This document shows, in pieces, positions 26,710-40,051 of a stretch of DNA of 64,000 nt. The notes beneath the pieces are model-generated. The model was given only the letters and a program-made list of their open reading frames with translations, was not told where the DNA came from and made no database searches. The position numbers and the translations under genes were made by a program. The stretch is from Felis catus. Its lineage: Eukaryota. The number at the start of each line of letters is the position of its first letter. Position 1 is the stretch's first letter. The stretch is taken from positions 13,890,001 to 13,954,000 of the forward strand of contig NC_058383.1 of assembly GCF_018350175.1 (NCBI RefSeq), written 5' to 3'.

Positions 26710-27819
26710 GTGAGTACCTCTAACTTTTTAAAATCCGCCCTGGACTCTTTGTCTCCTCTGATCTGTCTGTGGCTCAAGACCTTTCTAGCGAAAAGGAAAC
26801 GATCCTCTTGGGAAACACATTGGCTTACGTCATCGCAAAGGCAGGGCTCAGCAGTGGAGTTAGGGGTGAGGGTGCATTTCCGTCGAAAGCAACGTCTCAA
26901 GGGTAACCCGTCGTGACTATGTCCTCCTGGGCATCAGGAGCAGTGACGTCACTGACTGCACTCCCAAAGCATTGCTTAAGCTCAGTCTCCTCCATATTCC
27001 ATCCCTGCTATCCACGACTTTAGCTACAGTCGCATTGCAGGGGGGAGTTTTGCACTCACCTGGCCTCTGGCATTATGGCACCGAGAGAACTTGACGGGAA
27101 ATAGCGGGAAAACAGTACCAGGCTGAGGCTAGCTAGCTGGCAACACGTCATAGTCCATCATCTGGGAGGGCCATGTCGTTTTCGACTACAAAAGTATCTA
27201 GGAGGGGAAGAGTTGCGGCACCTGCTCATTTTTTAGTCACTGAATTCTCTAGCCGCTGAACACGCCACACGTTTTCTTTCGTGCCATCCATCGATCACGT
27301 TCTCCTGGCCCCGGAGGCCCCAAGTGCAAACTCTAAGCTCGCCCTCCCGACTCTGTCCGGCGCGGAGGCCTTCCGCGTCTGCTTAGATCAAGGCCCTGCC
27401 CGGGCTGTGACGTCACCTGTTTCCGCCTGCTACCGCTGCGGGGGCAGCGGCGGTCCCCCTCGCGGGGCTGTGGGTAGAGGCTCGGCTTGACCGTGCCTCC
27501 GTGCCGAGCGTCGTTCCTCCCGAGTCACCCCACGAGAGTGCACCACGCTCGGGGTTTCTGCATGCACCAGACGTGTTTGATGGGGCGCTCTTGACACCCA
27601 TCTGGCCCCTTTCCTTCTTAAAGCTCCCCCTCCCGCCCCCCTCGCCTTTGGTTTAAGAACAAAAGCTGCGAGCTACCCCTCCAGCGTAGGACGAGCGCTC
27701 CTCTAATGAATCTGTTAATCTCCTTTCCTTTTCCAGCTCCCCATAATATGTATTCATTTTAACTCTGAGTGCTGTTAAAAGTTTTTTGGTAAGTACCTTC
27801 ATTCCGGCAGATTATATAA

Positions 27820-28251
<432 letters not shown>

Positions 28252-28979
28252 TAGTGCACCGCGACCGTAGCATGAAATCGCAGCACAGCGAGAGTGTCCC
28301 GACTCAGACACAGATGCACACTTAGAGCCTCCGAAGTCCCTGTGAGCGTTAGCGTATCCAAATATAAATCTTGCTCTCAAAGACAGTGAGTTGGAGCTTT
28401 GGACCAAACACACACGGCATGAATCAATACCATATTTGCTTTCAAGTTCGTGCAGTCCATTAAATCATCCATAGGTTTTTTTCTCTGTCTCCCTCCCTCC
28501 CCCCCTCTCTCTCTTTCTTTTTGTTTGCTTTTAGAAAGTCACGTTTGCATTGTCTCGTCACATTTTTCTCAAATTTCGTTCAAACTCAAACCCTGGGCTC
28601 ACAGATGACTAATAAAGTTTTGCAAACCTACACGTAGAGGAGTGCCGGCAAGCATTTCTGGTGTGGGTTTTGTTTTGCCAGTGGATAATTAACCTGACTA
28701 ACCATTTTTTTGTTTTTTGTTTTTTTTTTTTATCTCTGTGCTTGGTAAACCCATGCCCGAAAAAGAAACGGCCTTAAAGAGGAAGACGTCTCAGAGCATT
28801 TTCTCTGAAGAATGTCATCCCTTTCTGATTTCTTTCTGTAGGAGACTTGCATTTTGAATGACCTGAAAAAAGCAGGGGAGAGACGAGATATGCTTGACAG
28901 AAAATACCTAATAACGCTCTGCTTTGGTGCTTAAGTCTCAAATATCCAAATCTTCCAGTTTTCTTTACGATGTGTGGGG

Positions 28980-29005
28980 TGTGTGTGTGTGTGTGTGTGT
29001 GTGTG
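28980..29005. repeat. (GT)n microsatellite
   Basis: About 13 GT units. Confidence 0.9.
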
Positions 29006-30264
29006 CACGCGTGCTCACTAGTGATTGAAAAGAATTCAGCTTTACGGACTCTGAATGTGTCCGATTAGTATGCGTTCCTCGGAGGTCATCCTTCTGATTT
29101 CTTTCTTATAAAAGAAAAGAATCCATTTTTCCTTCAAGACAGTATGTTAACAATCTCTTACGCAGCGGAAGGACCGTTCATAGTGTTCAGCTTTCAGCTG
29201 TCAACTGCCAAAGAGAGGCGGGCGCACCCGGCATCCCGGAGCTTTGGGTAGCCTGTCAGGGCACAGAAGACCATGCGACAGCAAACCTTTCCACATTTTT
29301 CTTGGTGGAGTCAAACGGCCTTTTGGATTAAAGTCAGGAAACTTAGTAAAACACACTCTTCTTTGTCCTTCACCTTTTAGACGCTTCTCTTCCTCTTCTT
29401 AGCCTTGCGTGCTGGCTATAGACACCAGATCCGCAGGGGAACCCTCCTTAATTCTCGCGCCGCAGACTACCCTTGCCTGGGAGCCTTGCTGCTACCGGGC
29501 CGGCGAGGCATCTTGCTCCCCCCCTTGGCCACGTCCCGTCTCGGGGCTGTCCCCACGACACGCCCGGGCCTGTCTCACGTCTCCCAAGTCGGCCTCTGTT
29601 GTCCTTCTGTGGCTCTGAATCTTCTGCCCTGTGCTCTTAAGTCCCTCATCCCAAACGGGTCCCCCAAGTTCTTGTTCCACACTTCCATTCACAGGGGCTC
29701 TTAAAATTGTTCTCCATTTGTCCCCCGAGGCCTGGGGACCCCACTCTGCCTCCCAGCTTCCCTCCCCTCTTCTCGGATTCGGGCTTTCTTGCCCTTCCTA
29801 AGGTATAAGTGCTCTTTGGGACCCCCAAGCCCTGACGTCATGGTCTCCCTTCAAAGCCCCCTCACATGCTGTGCCCCAGAGATCACTGTGCATCTGTGCC
29901 CTTGACTGTGACGCAGGTCCCTCGTCCCGATGCCGGGAGATCGAAGCCCCTCGCACCCTTCCTCCCTCTGGCTCTGTTATCGCAAAGATCGTCTTTGCAT
30001 TTGGGCTCTTAGAACTTTCTTCTTACCACTCAGTGACCCTAGGAATCCAGACAGGCAGGCTGTGTTGCCACATCACTGTTGGCCACGTTGGTCCATTTCC
30101 ACCCTCCGAAAGCGCTTCGTCTGTGGCCTTGACGGAGGCACGTGAATCTCACATGCAGAGAGAATTGTTTCCCCCTCAGACTCTCCCACCTGCCCCCCAC
30201 CCCCACCCGCCCCAGCGCCAGTGCCTTGTCCCCAGAAAGCTTCCGTGAAAGTCTCGGTGAGTAA

Positions 30265-31677
<1,413 letters not shown>

Positions 31678-33645
31678 GGTGGGCAGGACGCGAGGGAGGA
31701 AAGAGAAGCCCTTGCGCACCAACAGGGCGCCAGACCGGAGACGGGGAGCCAGCGCGGGCCCACCAGACTGGGGGAGGGGGGCGCACACCCCGCCTCCTCC
31801 CCTTGTAAAAAATGTATAGGCTCCAGTGCAGATTTTGAAATGGTTTTTTTTTTTTTTTTGTATATCATATGTTGAAATTTTTCAGATCTTTCAGCCAAGC
31901 CCTATGTTCTCATGTCTCTAACTCTTTTGGTTTCTCGCATAAGACTTTTTGATTTGAACCAAAACGGTGAAGACGACAGACACGCAGCGACGCGGTGGTG
32001 ACTGGGGGAGAGACAAACAGCGGTCCACGCAGCCCATCGTGCGAAGCTCCTTCAGATGAGAAAGGAAGGCCGTGTACATAGCTATGTAAAAACACACACA
32101 CAGAAAAAACAAAAAACGAAACACAAAAACACATTGCTTCGTGAGCTAATGGTTCATATATGCAAAGGGTAAGATAAAAGCTTTACTTTGTACAAATGTA
32201 AATAGATCAAGAGTAAGTAACATAATACATTAATACTTCTTAAAATGTGCTATTTGCAAACTGAATATCAGCGAGTGCAGTCGGCTACGGCTGCGTTCCC
32301 ATATATTGTTATAGACAGCTAAACCCTTCAACTATGCAATGAATGTTAGGGCTTTTCACAAAAGCCCTCCTAACTCAAAGGAGCCTTTTCAGATCCATTT
32401 ACAACATACTTAAGGTCATATTTTCCCTGAACAAGCGCTTACGTGATAGGACTCTGTTTTCCTTGCTTGTTTTTTTTTTTCCAAACGGAGAAACATCCTA
32501 TTTTGCAAATCGGACCCGGGCTGAAACTTGGCTCGCGAAGTTAAACTGCTCGCGGGCCGTGGGGGGGTGGGGGTGGGGGGTGGGGGTGGGGTGGAGCACA
32601 GCCCCCGGGAAAGAGAGCCGAGGGCCTGAACACCCAGTGCCAGGGAGGATGGGAGCTGTCAGACGCCAAAATCAGGGGACACAGACAGGTCGCCACCATC
32701 AGTCACGTGACTTCACACACACCTCATGTGGGAACCATGCGTGTTTTAGTGTGTCCTGTTTCCTGTCTGTACACGCCTCCTCGGTTTGTAATGAGATTCG
32801 ATTACATCCAAACACATCCTGAAAGAAAGCTTCACGTTTTCTCAGATGATGGATATGTTTTCACTGTTTTCAATAACTGATGGGTTTAAGGTGCACGTTT
32901 CCTAATGTGACTCGCTGTGTTCCAGTTGGTAATAAAGTCTGGGAAATAGCCGGCAGGTCGACCTTGGGGAGCCATGGAGAGTTACAGAGGGTGAGCAGTG
33001 GCAGAGACAAAGTTCTGTGTGTGCGTGTGTTTTTAATTTTGCACCAACCTTAATGTGTCTTCATACTTTTATAATACATTAAGCCTCTTGTCTACATATT
33101 TGGAGAGAATATGACTTTACTAGCAGAGAAATACAATATATCTTGTCTACTGGACTGTAAAATATATGTATGAAATAAAATTAGTTCCATTGGGTCCTTC
33201 TAGTATATTAAAGTGCTATCTGATGTTGTTATCCTGTTTTTGCAAAAAAGAAAAAAAAAGTTAACTACAGACCATTGTTTCTAATAAGCAGAGAGATCTA
33301 TTTTAGTAGTAAACTGAAGGTTTAGTTGTGAGCTTCAGATTTTGTGAACTCCAGATGTTGTGTAGTGTTTTTTTTTTTTTTAAAGACAACAACTAAAAAG
33401 AAAAAAAAAAAAAACCCCAAGGAATATATACACTGGAACTATAGTGGTAGCTCTCGGTATTGTAAAGAGATTGTTCTATACAGACCTTTTTGCTGTTTAC
33501 CCTGTATGTAATAAAGTCCTTTCTAGACCCTCTGTGAAAAGACGCGTGAAAACCGACTGAGTTTTCAGCATGTTCTCATCGGCGGAGCCTTCTTGTGTAA
33601 TGTAAACTGTGCCATGTTATTAAAAAATGTGAACCAAGCTTCCAG
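31678..33645 (+). other. AUTS2: AUTS2 3' UTR (approximate end), free of recognisable interspersed repeats and AU-rich
   Basis: Follows the stop codon. Several poly(A) signals: AATAAA at 32931, 33174 and 33510, ATTAAA at 33619, followed by GT-rich ttgtttgtgtg. Confidence 0.75.
33510..33515 (+). terminator. Candidate polyadenylation signal AATAAA (alternatives at 32931, 33174, ATTAAA 33619)
   Basis: tgtatgtAATAAAgtcc, with upstream UGUA elements. Confidence 0.55.
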
Positions 33646-36600
33646 CTGCTTGTTTGTGTGAGAATGGCCATCGTTACCTTAGGGAAGAAGCCATACGTAC
33701 AAGACCGGGCTCTTGGAAAAGAAACACCTTGAACCCAGCCCGAGTGAGGACGCGAGGCTGACCTACGGCGGCCGGTCGCCCTCCCTAACGCAGTTAGTGT
33801 GACCCGGCCGGTTAGGTTCTGTAAACGTTTGCGCCCCACACCGTCAGTTGTGGATCTTACGTTCTTTTTTTACTTTCATTTTTTGGGATGGTCGCAGCGA
33901 CGAGCCGTTAAGTCACGGGAAGGTACTTTCGGATCTTGCGGGGGATGTACGCACGGGCCGAGGTGGCCGCTGTGCCACCTCGCGTCTGGGGCCCGCCTCA
34001 GAGCCCCTCCGCATTCGCTTTCTCTGCATCGGTGACAGATCTGATTTCGGGCCTCTGACAACAGTCATTGCTTGCTTGTTCCTTTGCGTTTCAATCTGTG
34101 GATTCGGTCAGTTGTATGTTACTTAAGACCTTCCCGGTATTTTTTTTTTTTCCTGTCTCCGCTCTCTGTGTCTCGTTGAATTACATGGCCTGTCCCTCAT
34201 CGGTTTGCAGACTTCCCCCTCGTCCTCTGAAATCTGTTTTGTTTTTCCAAGATGTAAAAAACTGTCGACCTGATGAAATTGCTGTTTGGATGAGATTGTT
34301 TGGATTGGTGTTATCTTTCTGGGGACAAGACAAAAGCGGCCCGGGTCAGTGGGACGTGGGCGGCTGCTCTCTGGGGAATCCGCGCAGAAGTGGCCAGGGA
34401 GGGTGTTTGGGAAGCGGGGTGGGCACCCGAAGTCCGTCCTGGCGGGAGAGCTGGGCTCGGGCAGAGCGAGGGGGTTCCCGAATAAAGACCCGCTCCTGTT
34501 GGCTCTGCTCCTGCGTTCATATCCCGACTCCCAGACCAGAGAAAATAACCCGAAGAAAAACTAGAGGATCGGAAAACGCGACAAACGCTGGTTTTCCGAA
34601 TGGCCAGTTCTCGGGACCTTCCAGACCCTGCGTCTCGGCGGCGGCTTGATTCGCTGTGCCTGGCAGACCTTCCCGCGTCCCCTTCTCCGTGCACCTCTCT
34701 GCACGTCCCATCTGCCGTGTCAGAACGTAGAGGAGTCAGACTCTCAAATCAGTCATGGTATTTAATCCCTGGGGCCTTATTCATCTCAACCTTTGCATCT
34801 TTCCCCTCTAATTACGTTCAGCTCCCTGGCATTGATGGGTACTAGCACCAATTTGATTTCCTGCTAACCTATAGATGCTCTAATTATCTCCACAGCCTTT
34901 GACTGACAATGATCTTGTTACCTCCTAATGGTAACAGACAAGTAAAGCAGCAAATATAATGATGCAATAATTACCATTTGGGATGGATATTCGCAACGGC
35001 GTTTGCTGTTTATCCCTCCTTCTGCCTCAATCAAGGTGGATGAGAGGAAATCAGATGTGACTGCTGATGTTATATACGTCTACAGCATAAAAAGACGTGC
35101 AGGGCGGCATCTCACGGTGCCAATCAGCCCCGCGGCTGCGGGGTGCTCCACACCTCGGGAGTGCGGATCCGCGGCATCGAATCGGCTGAAGGCAGAGGCC
35201 AACGAAGGTGACACGGGCTTTTTCACATTTTTTAAACGTCCCGGCCATTCCTTCCTACGAATTTCTGAGCGATTGATTAGACGTTGGAAAGCTTTCAGAT
35301 AGGGCCGTTTGTCATTTGGGAAATCGTAGCATCAGAGACGGCCCCACACTGTGAAGTGCCGGCCGGCCTTGGGCCCCCATCCCAAGTACGAAGCAAGATT
35401 GTGACATCTCACGTCCCAACTGCCGGAAGCTTCCGATAAGGAGCTTGGACCAGCAGTCAGGGGTCCTGCGGCCGCCCCTGGGCCTTCCGTTCTCAGCGAC
35501 CTCGAGTCCCGGAACCTCTCTGGAACTGTTTCTTACTGAGTAAAATGAGCCCATCCGAACATAACGAAAAGACGTGCAGGCGGTGAGCCCAGCGGACGGG
35601 GGCAGGGCCAGCGGAAACCACAGACCGGAGCGGGCACGGCCCACGCAGAAGAGAAAGCCGCTTTAGCCATTTTTTTTTTACACAAACTCGGTGCGGTTAC
35701 AGTGTCGTGGAAAGATCGTGAAGATCGGCTGCCATAGTTGGTGGGACTGACGGGGGTGGGTTGGTGTTCCTCACGGGCTGGGGGAGGGGAGCTAGGGCAG
35801 CGTCGCTGGGGTCTCGACCTACCCTCCTACCCAAAGCATCCACTGACTCAGAACACTGAACCCAGACGCCTCCAAAGCCTGTGTTCCTGTGCTGGGCGAG
35901 TACAGGGTGCGCAAACGGGCCTCAGTTCCCTCCACCGTAACTTGAACGTGTCGGCTGATATTTAAGGCTCTTCAAGCTCTGTTTGGATTTTGTATCTGTG
36001 CTGGGCCTTGGGTTCCGCTTTAAAACTTTTTTTTTTTTCTTTTTTTTACACCTCCTCACACCCTGTACCACTCCCAGTGCATCTTGGCAACTTCTTTGGT
36101 GATCTACAGAATCTCTCCGCTCTCCCCCAAAGGCCCTGGTGTCGGAATCTGAGCCACCAAGGAGGTCAGACTCCGCCCTCTCCAGGAAGCCCCCTCCCCC
36201 CACCCAGTGCCTCATCTTACACTGACCCCTCCTCCTGGAGGCCTCCCGGCTTTAGCTCGCTCCACCCTCTCCTTCCTGTTCTGGAGTTCCTTAGGCCTCA
36301 TCTCTACAGCAGGATTTTGCGCCCCGCCCCCCCCTCCCGCCCCCCCCCCTCCCCCTGCGACGGGCAGGGCCTAAATGGTGTGTGTCCAGACAAGGTCCTG
36401 TGCTCGATGACCAGGCGGGGGGAGGCCACTCCTGCCTGGTCTGGTGAACCCCATGGCCACACAGCCCTGGCCCGCACACCTTTTCCACCTACGTACATCA
36501 CAATACGATACCCACACAAACCATCAACCTGAAGCGGGTTTGGTTTACTACCCTTGTGAGGTGCGATCAGGTGCCCCCGCCCCTTTTTCATTCCATTCGC

Positions 36601-36715
36601 TTCTAACTCATGTTTTTTAAACGTGGCTGCAGCCCACTCCCTCCTCCTGCCCCTTTGAAAATCCCGGGTCTCAGTCCCTAGTTGGAAAAATAGGATCGTG
36701 GAAGGACTCCTCCAG

Positions 36716-36923
36716 TTTTTGGGTTTTTTGTTTTGTTTTGTTTTAAATTTATTTTGAGAGAGCACGAGCAGGAGAGGGGCAGAAAGAGGGAGAGAGAGAA
36801 TCCCAAGCAGGCTCCATGCTGTCAGCTTAGAGCCCAACGTGGGGCGCGATCCCACGACCCTGGATCGTGACCTGAGCCGAAATCCAGTCGGATGTGCAAC
36901 CGACTGAGCCACCCAGGCGCCCC
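36716..36923 (-). mobile_element. Can-SINE
   Basis: Antisense head cccaggcgcccc at ~36922. Confidence 0.88.
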
Positions 36924-37299
36924 TCCCCCAGATTTTAGAGGAGGCTGAGACACTGGGCTGAAGGGAGGAACGCTGTGATCTCTTGTCCCACAGCTGCTCC
37001 CCCTCTCTAACCCGCCCTTCAGGCTGCTGCTGGCTCCATTCCCATAGATCCCGGGGGCCCGAGCCACCCCGGACTTCCCACTTGGCCTTCGAGGTCCTGT
37101 CCCTCTAGTGCCCAGGCACCTGCCAGCTTCACCTCCACGTGCCTTCCCCAGATCACACTGGCCACTCCTGCTCCTGTGTCTTCGTTCCCGCTGCTGTCTC
37201 TTCTCCATCTGCTCCAGGAGGTCCGCTTCAAAGACCTTCACCTCCAGGGAGCCTCCCCTCGCTACGCCGGGGCCGCCCCATCATAGTTAACTGCTTAGA

Positions 37300-37940
37300 C
37301 TGGCGTTTCTCAAAGTGTGGTTCCGGGGCCAACGGCAGCACTAACTGGGAATTTGTTAGAAATACAAATTCTTGGGGCACCTGGGTGGCTCGGTGGGTCA
37401 AGTGACCAAATTCGGCTCAGGTCACGATCTCACCGGTGGTGAGTTCGAGCCCCGTGTGAGGCTCTGTGCTGACAGCTCGGAGCCTGGAGCCTGCTTCCGA
37501 TTCTGTGTCTCCCTCTCCCTCTGCCCCTCCCCCACTCACACTCTGTCTCTCCTGTCTCAAAAATAAGTAAACATTAAAAAAAAAAAAAAAACAGGGGCGC
37601 CTGGGTGGCTCAGTCGGTTGAGCGTCCGACTTCAGCTCAGGTCATGATCTCGCAGTCTGTGAGTTCAAGCCCCGCGTCGGGCTCTGTGCTGACAGCTCGG
37701 AGCCTGGAGCCTGCTTCAGAGTCTGTGTCTCCCTCTCTCTCTGCCCCTCCCCTGCTCATGCTCTGTCTCAAAAATAAATAAAAACTTAAAAAAATATATT
37801 AAAAAAAAAAACAAAAAACAATACAAATTCTCAGCCCCCTGCTTCCAACCTCCTGAATCTGGAACTCTGAGGCCCAGTGATACGTGTTGCAGCAAGCCCT
37901 CCCGGTGGTTCTGATGCATAATCAAGTTTGAGAACCACTG
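37300..37940. mobile_element. MER5A hAT-Charlie element interrupted by two tandem Can-SINEs (37374-37590, 37594-37819, both +)
   Basis: tttctcaaagtgtggt...gaatttgttagaaatacaaattct [SINEs] aatacaaattctcagcccc...aagtttgagaaccactg. TSD aatacaaattct. Confidence 0.85.
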
Positions 37941-38199
37941 AATTCGACCATGTGAGAAGGGAAAGTTCTGGTCAAAAGCTGCAGGAAGAACCCTCGAGTA
38001 ACAGAAAATGATCCTGGGAGAGACGCTGTGTGTTCTTGGACTTCCTAGCCTGACCCATGATCCTGCTGGACCGCAGAGAGGTTGCAAGCTTGTTCGAGCT
38101 GGAAAGGCATGGTCCACTCCCTGATTCCTCACTGGTGTGCTGCTGATTCATCTGTCACTAATGGCGTGAAATGCGCAGAGTTTTGCCTCCCCTTGGCGG

Positions 38200-38420
38200 T
38201 AATGACCGTAGTCGGTGCTGAGTGCTTTTTGCACGCACTGTTCTAAGTGCCGTTCACGTGGATTATCTCCCTGAAGGTTTTCAAAGGCCCTTAGACGTCA
38301 TACCCCCGACTGGACAAGTGAGAAAAGCGAGGCTCGGAGAGATGAGATCATTTGCCCGCGTTCAAGTGCATAACCTAGATCCAAACCCGAGCAGTCTCCC
38401 TCTAGATCCTGCACCATAAC
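38200..38420 (-). mobile_element. MIR relic
   Basis: gcactgttctaagtgc...caagtgagaaaagcgaggctcggagagatgagatcatttgcccg. Confidence 0.6.
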
Positions 38421-38980
38421 CGGGGCCCTTATCACCGAAGAAAGGCGTGCCGAGTGAATGAACCACGTAAGCAACATTTGCAGGGACATCATTTATTCCT
38501 TAACACTCACTTGTAGTTAGCACCATATACATTCCAGAGGCTGCAGACTGCCTGCCTGGAATGAATGAACGGATGAATGAGTGAGTGCACAAATGAATGG
38601 ATGGAAAACAAGAGGACTGAGCATTGCTCAGTGCTGAGACTCTGCCATGAACCAAGGATTATGATGAACCCAGGTCTGTACCTCTAAGGTCGATTTTTTA
38701 AAACTGAGCATCTTGTGTGGTCCAAAGCAGCCCATCAACCTGTTGGATTTGGCCCAGAATGATTTTAGAATACAGAAATCTTACGTAGGCAAACTGGAAG
38801 TCGAGCCCCCACGGAGCCCTTGTTCCCGAGGGACCACGTGGCCTGAGCTGCCTGCAGCCCTGGGCTCCCCGACCTGCCACAGCCCCCTACACAGTGGCCT
38901 TCCACGTGAGGCTGATGTCAATGTCGCTGTGGATACGTGCAAATGGTTAATACAAAAGTGCTTGAAAATACAGTTTTCTC

Positions 38981-39407
38981 GGGGCGCCTGGCTGGCTCAG
39001 TCTGTCGGGCATCGGACTTCGGCTCAGGTCACGATCTCGCGGTCCGGGAGTTCGAGCCCCGCGTCGGGCTCTGTGCCGACAGCTCGGAGCCTGGAGCCTG
39101 CTTCGGATTCTGTGTCTCCCTCTCGCTCTCTGCCCCTCCCCCACTCGTGCTCGCTCACCCTCTCAAAAATAAATGTTAAAAAACAATTTTTTTTTCAACT
39201 TTTTTTTTTTTTATTTATTTTTGGGACAGAGAGAGACAGAGCATGAACGGGGGAGGGGCAGAGAGAGAGGGAGACACAGAATCGGAAACAGGCTCCAGGC
39301 TCCGAGCCATCAGCCCAGAGCCTGACGCGGGGCTTGAACTCCTGGACCGCGAGATCGTGACCTGGCTGAAGTCGGACACTTAACCGACTGCGCCACCCAG
39401 GCGCCCC
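38981..39407. mobile_element. Tail-to-tail inverted Can-SINE pair (+ 38981-39185; - 39188-39407)
   Basis: Second SINE inserted antisense in the first one's A tail; TSD aaaaaacaattt. Confidence 0.92.
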
Positions 39408-39862
39408 TAAAAAACAATTTTAAAAAGGAAAGTAAATTTGTCTCACATCTATGTATTAAAGGAAAACCCAAGTTCCAGGCAATGAAGTAATAAAGGCTGC
39501 CAGTCTTTGGCAGTAATAAACCAGCATGCCTCTGTTACTTAGCATTTCCCTCCATTCCCGTGGGTCTTCACCCTGGTGGGTCTGTCATCACACAGCTAAA
39601 GATGCCACCTGCTATAGTTCCCACACCTATGGTTCCCGCTACATCAGCGGGCGTGGAATACTTGGCAGGTGCTGACGGTGTTCCGTTGGCCAGACCCGTG
39701 CTGGGAGGCTGGGGCTCTGGAAGGAGCCCAAAGGACAGGCCCCTCCCTCCCTGGTGGGCTGATATCCGGGAGGAGGCAACCAGCGGACGTGTTAATTACA
39801 GGAGGAGAGGGTGCAAATCGCGGTGCGGAAACCGCTGAGAGAGGCCGCCTCCCGAGAACTCA

Positions 39863-39893
39863 TTTCTTTTTCTTTTTTTTAATGTTTATTTAT

Positions 39894-39928
<35 letters not shown>

Positions 39929-40051
39929 CCCAAGCCGACTCCATGCTCAACGCAGAGCCCGACACGGGGCTTGATCTCACGCCCACGAGATCACGACCTG
40001 AGCCAAAATCAGAAGTCGGACGCTTCACCGACTGAACCACCCAGGCGCCCC
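39863..40051 (-). mobile_element. Can-SINE
   Basis: T tail, (GA)n, head. Confidence 0.88.
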
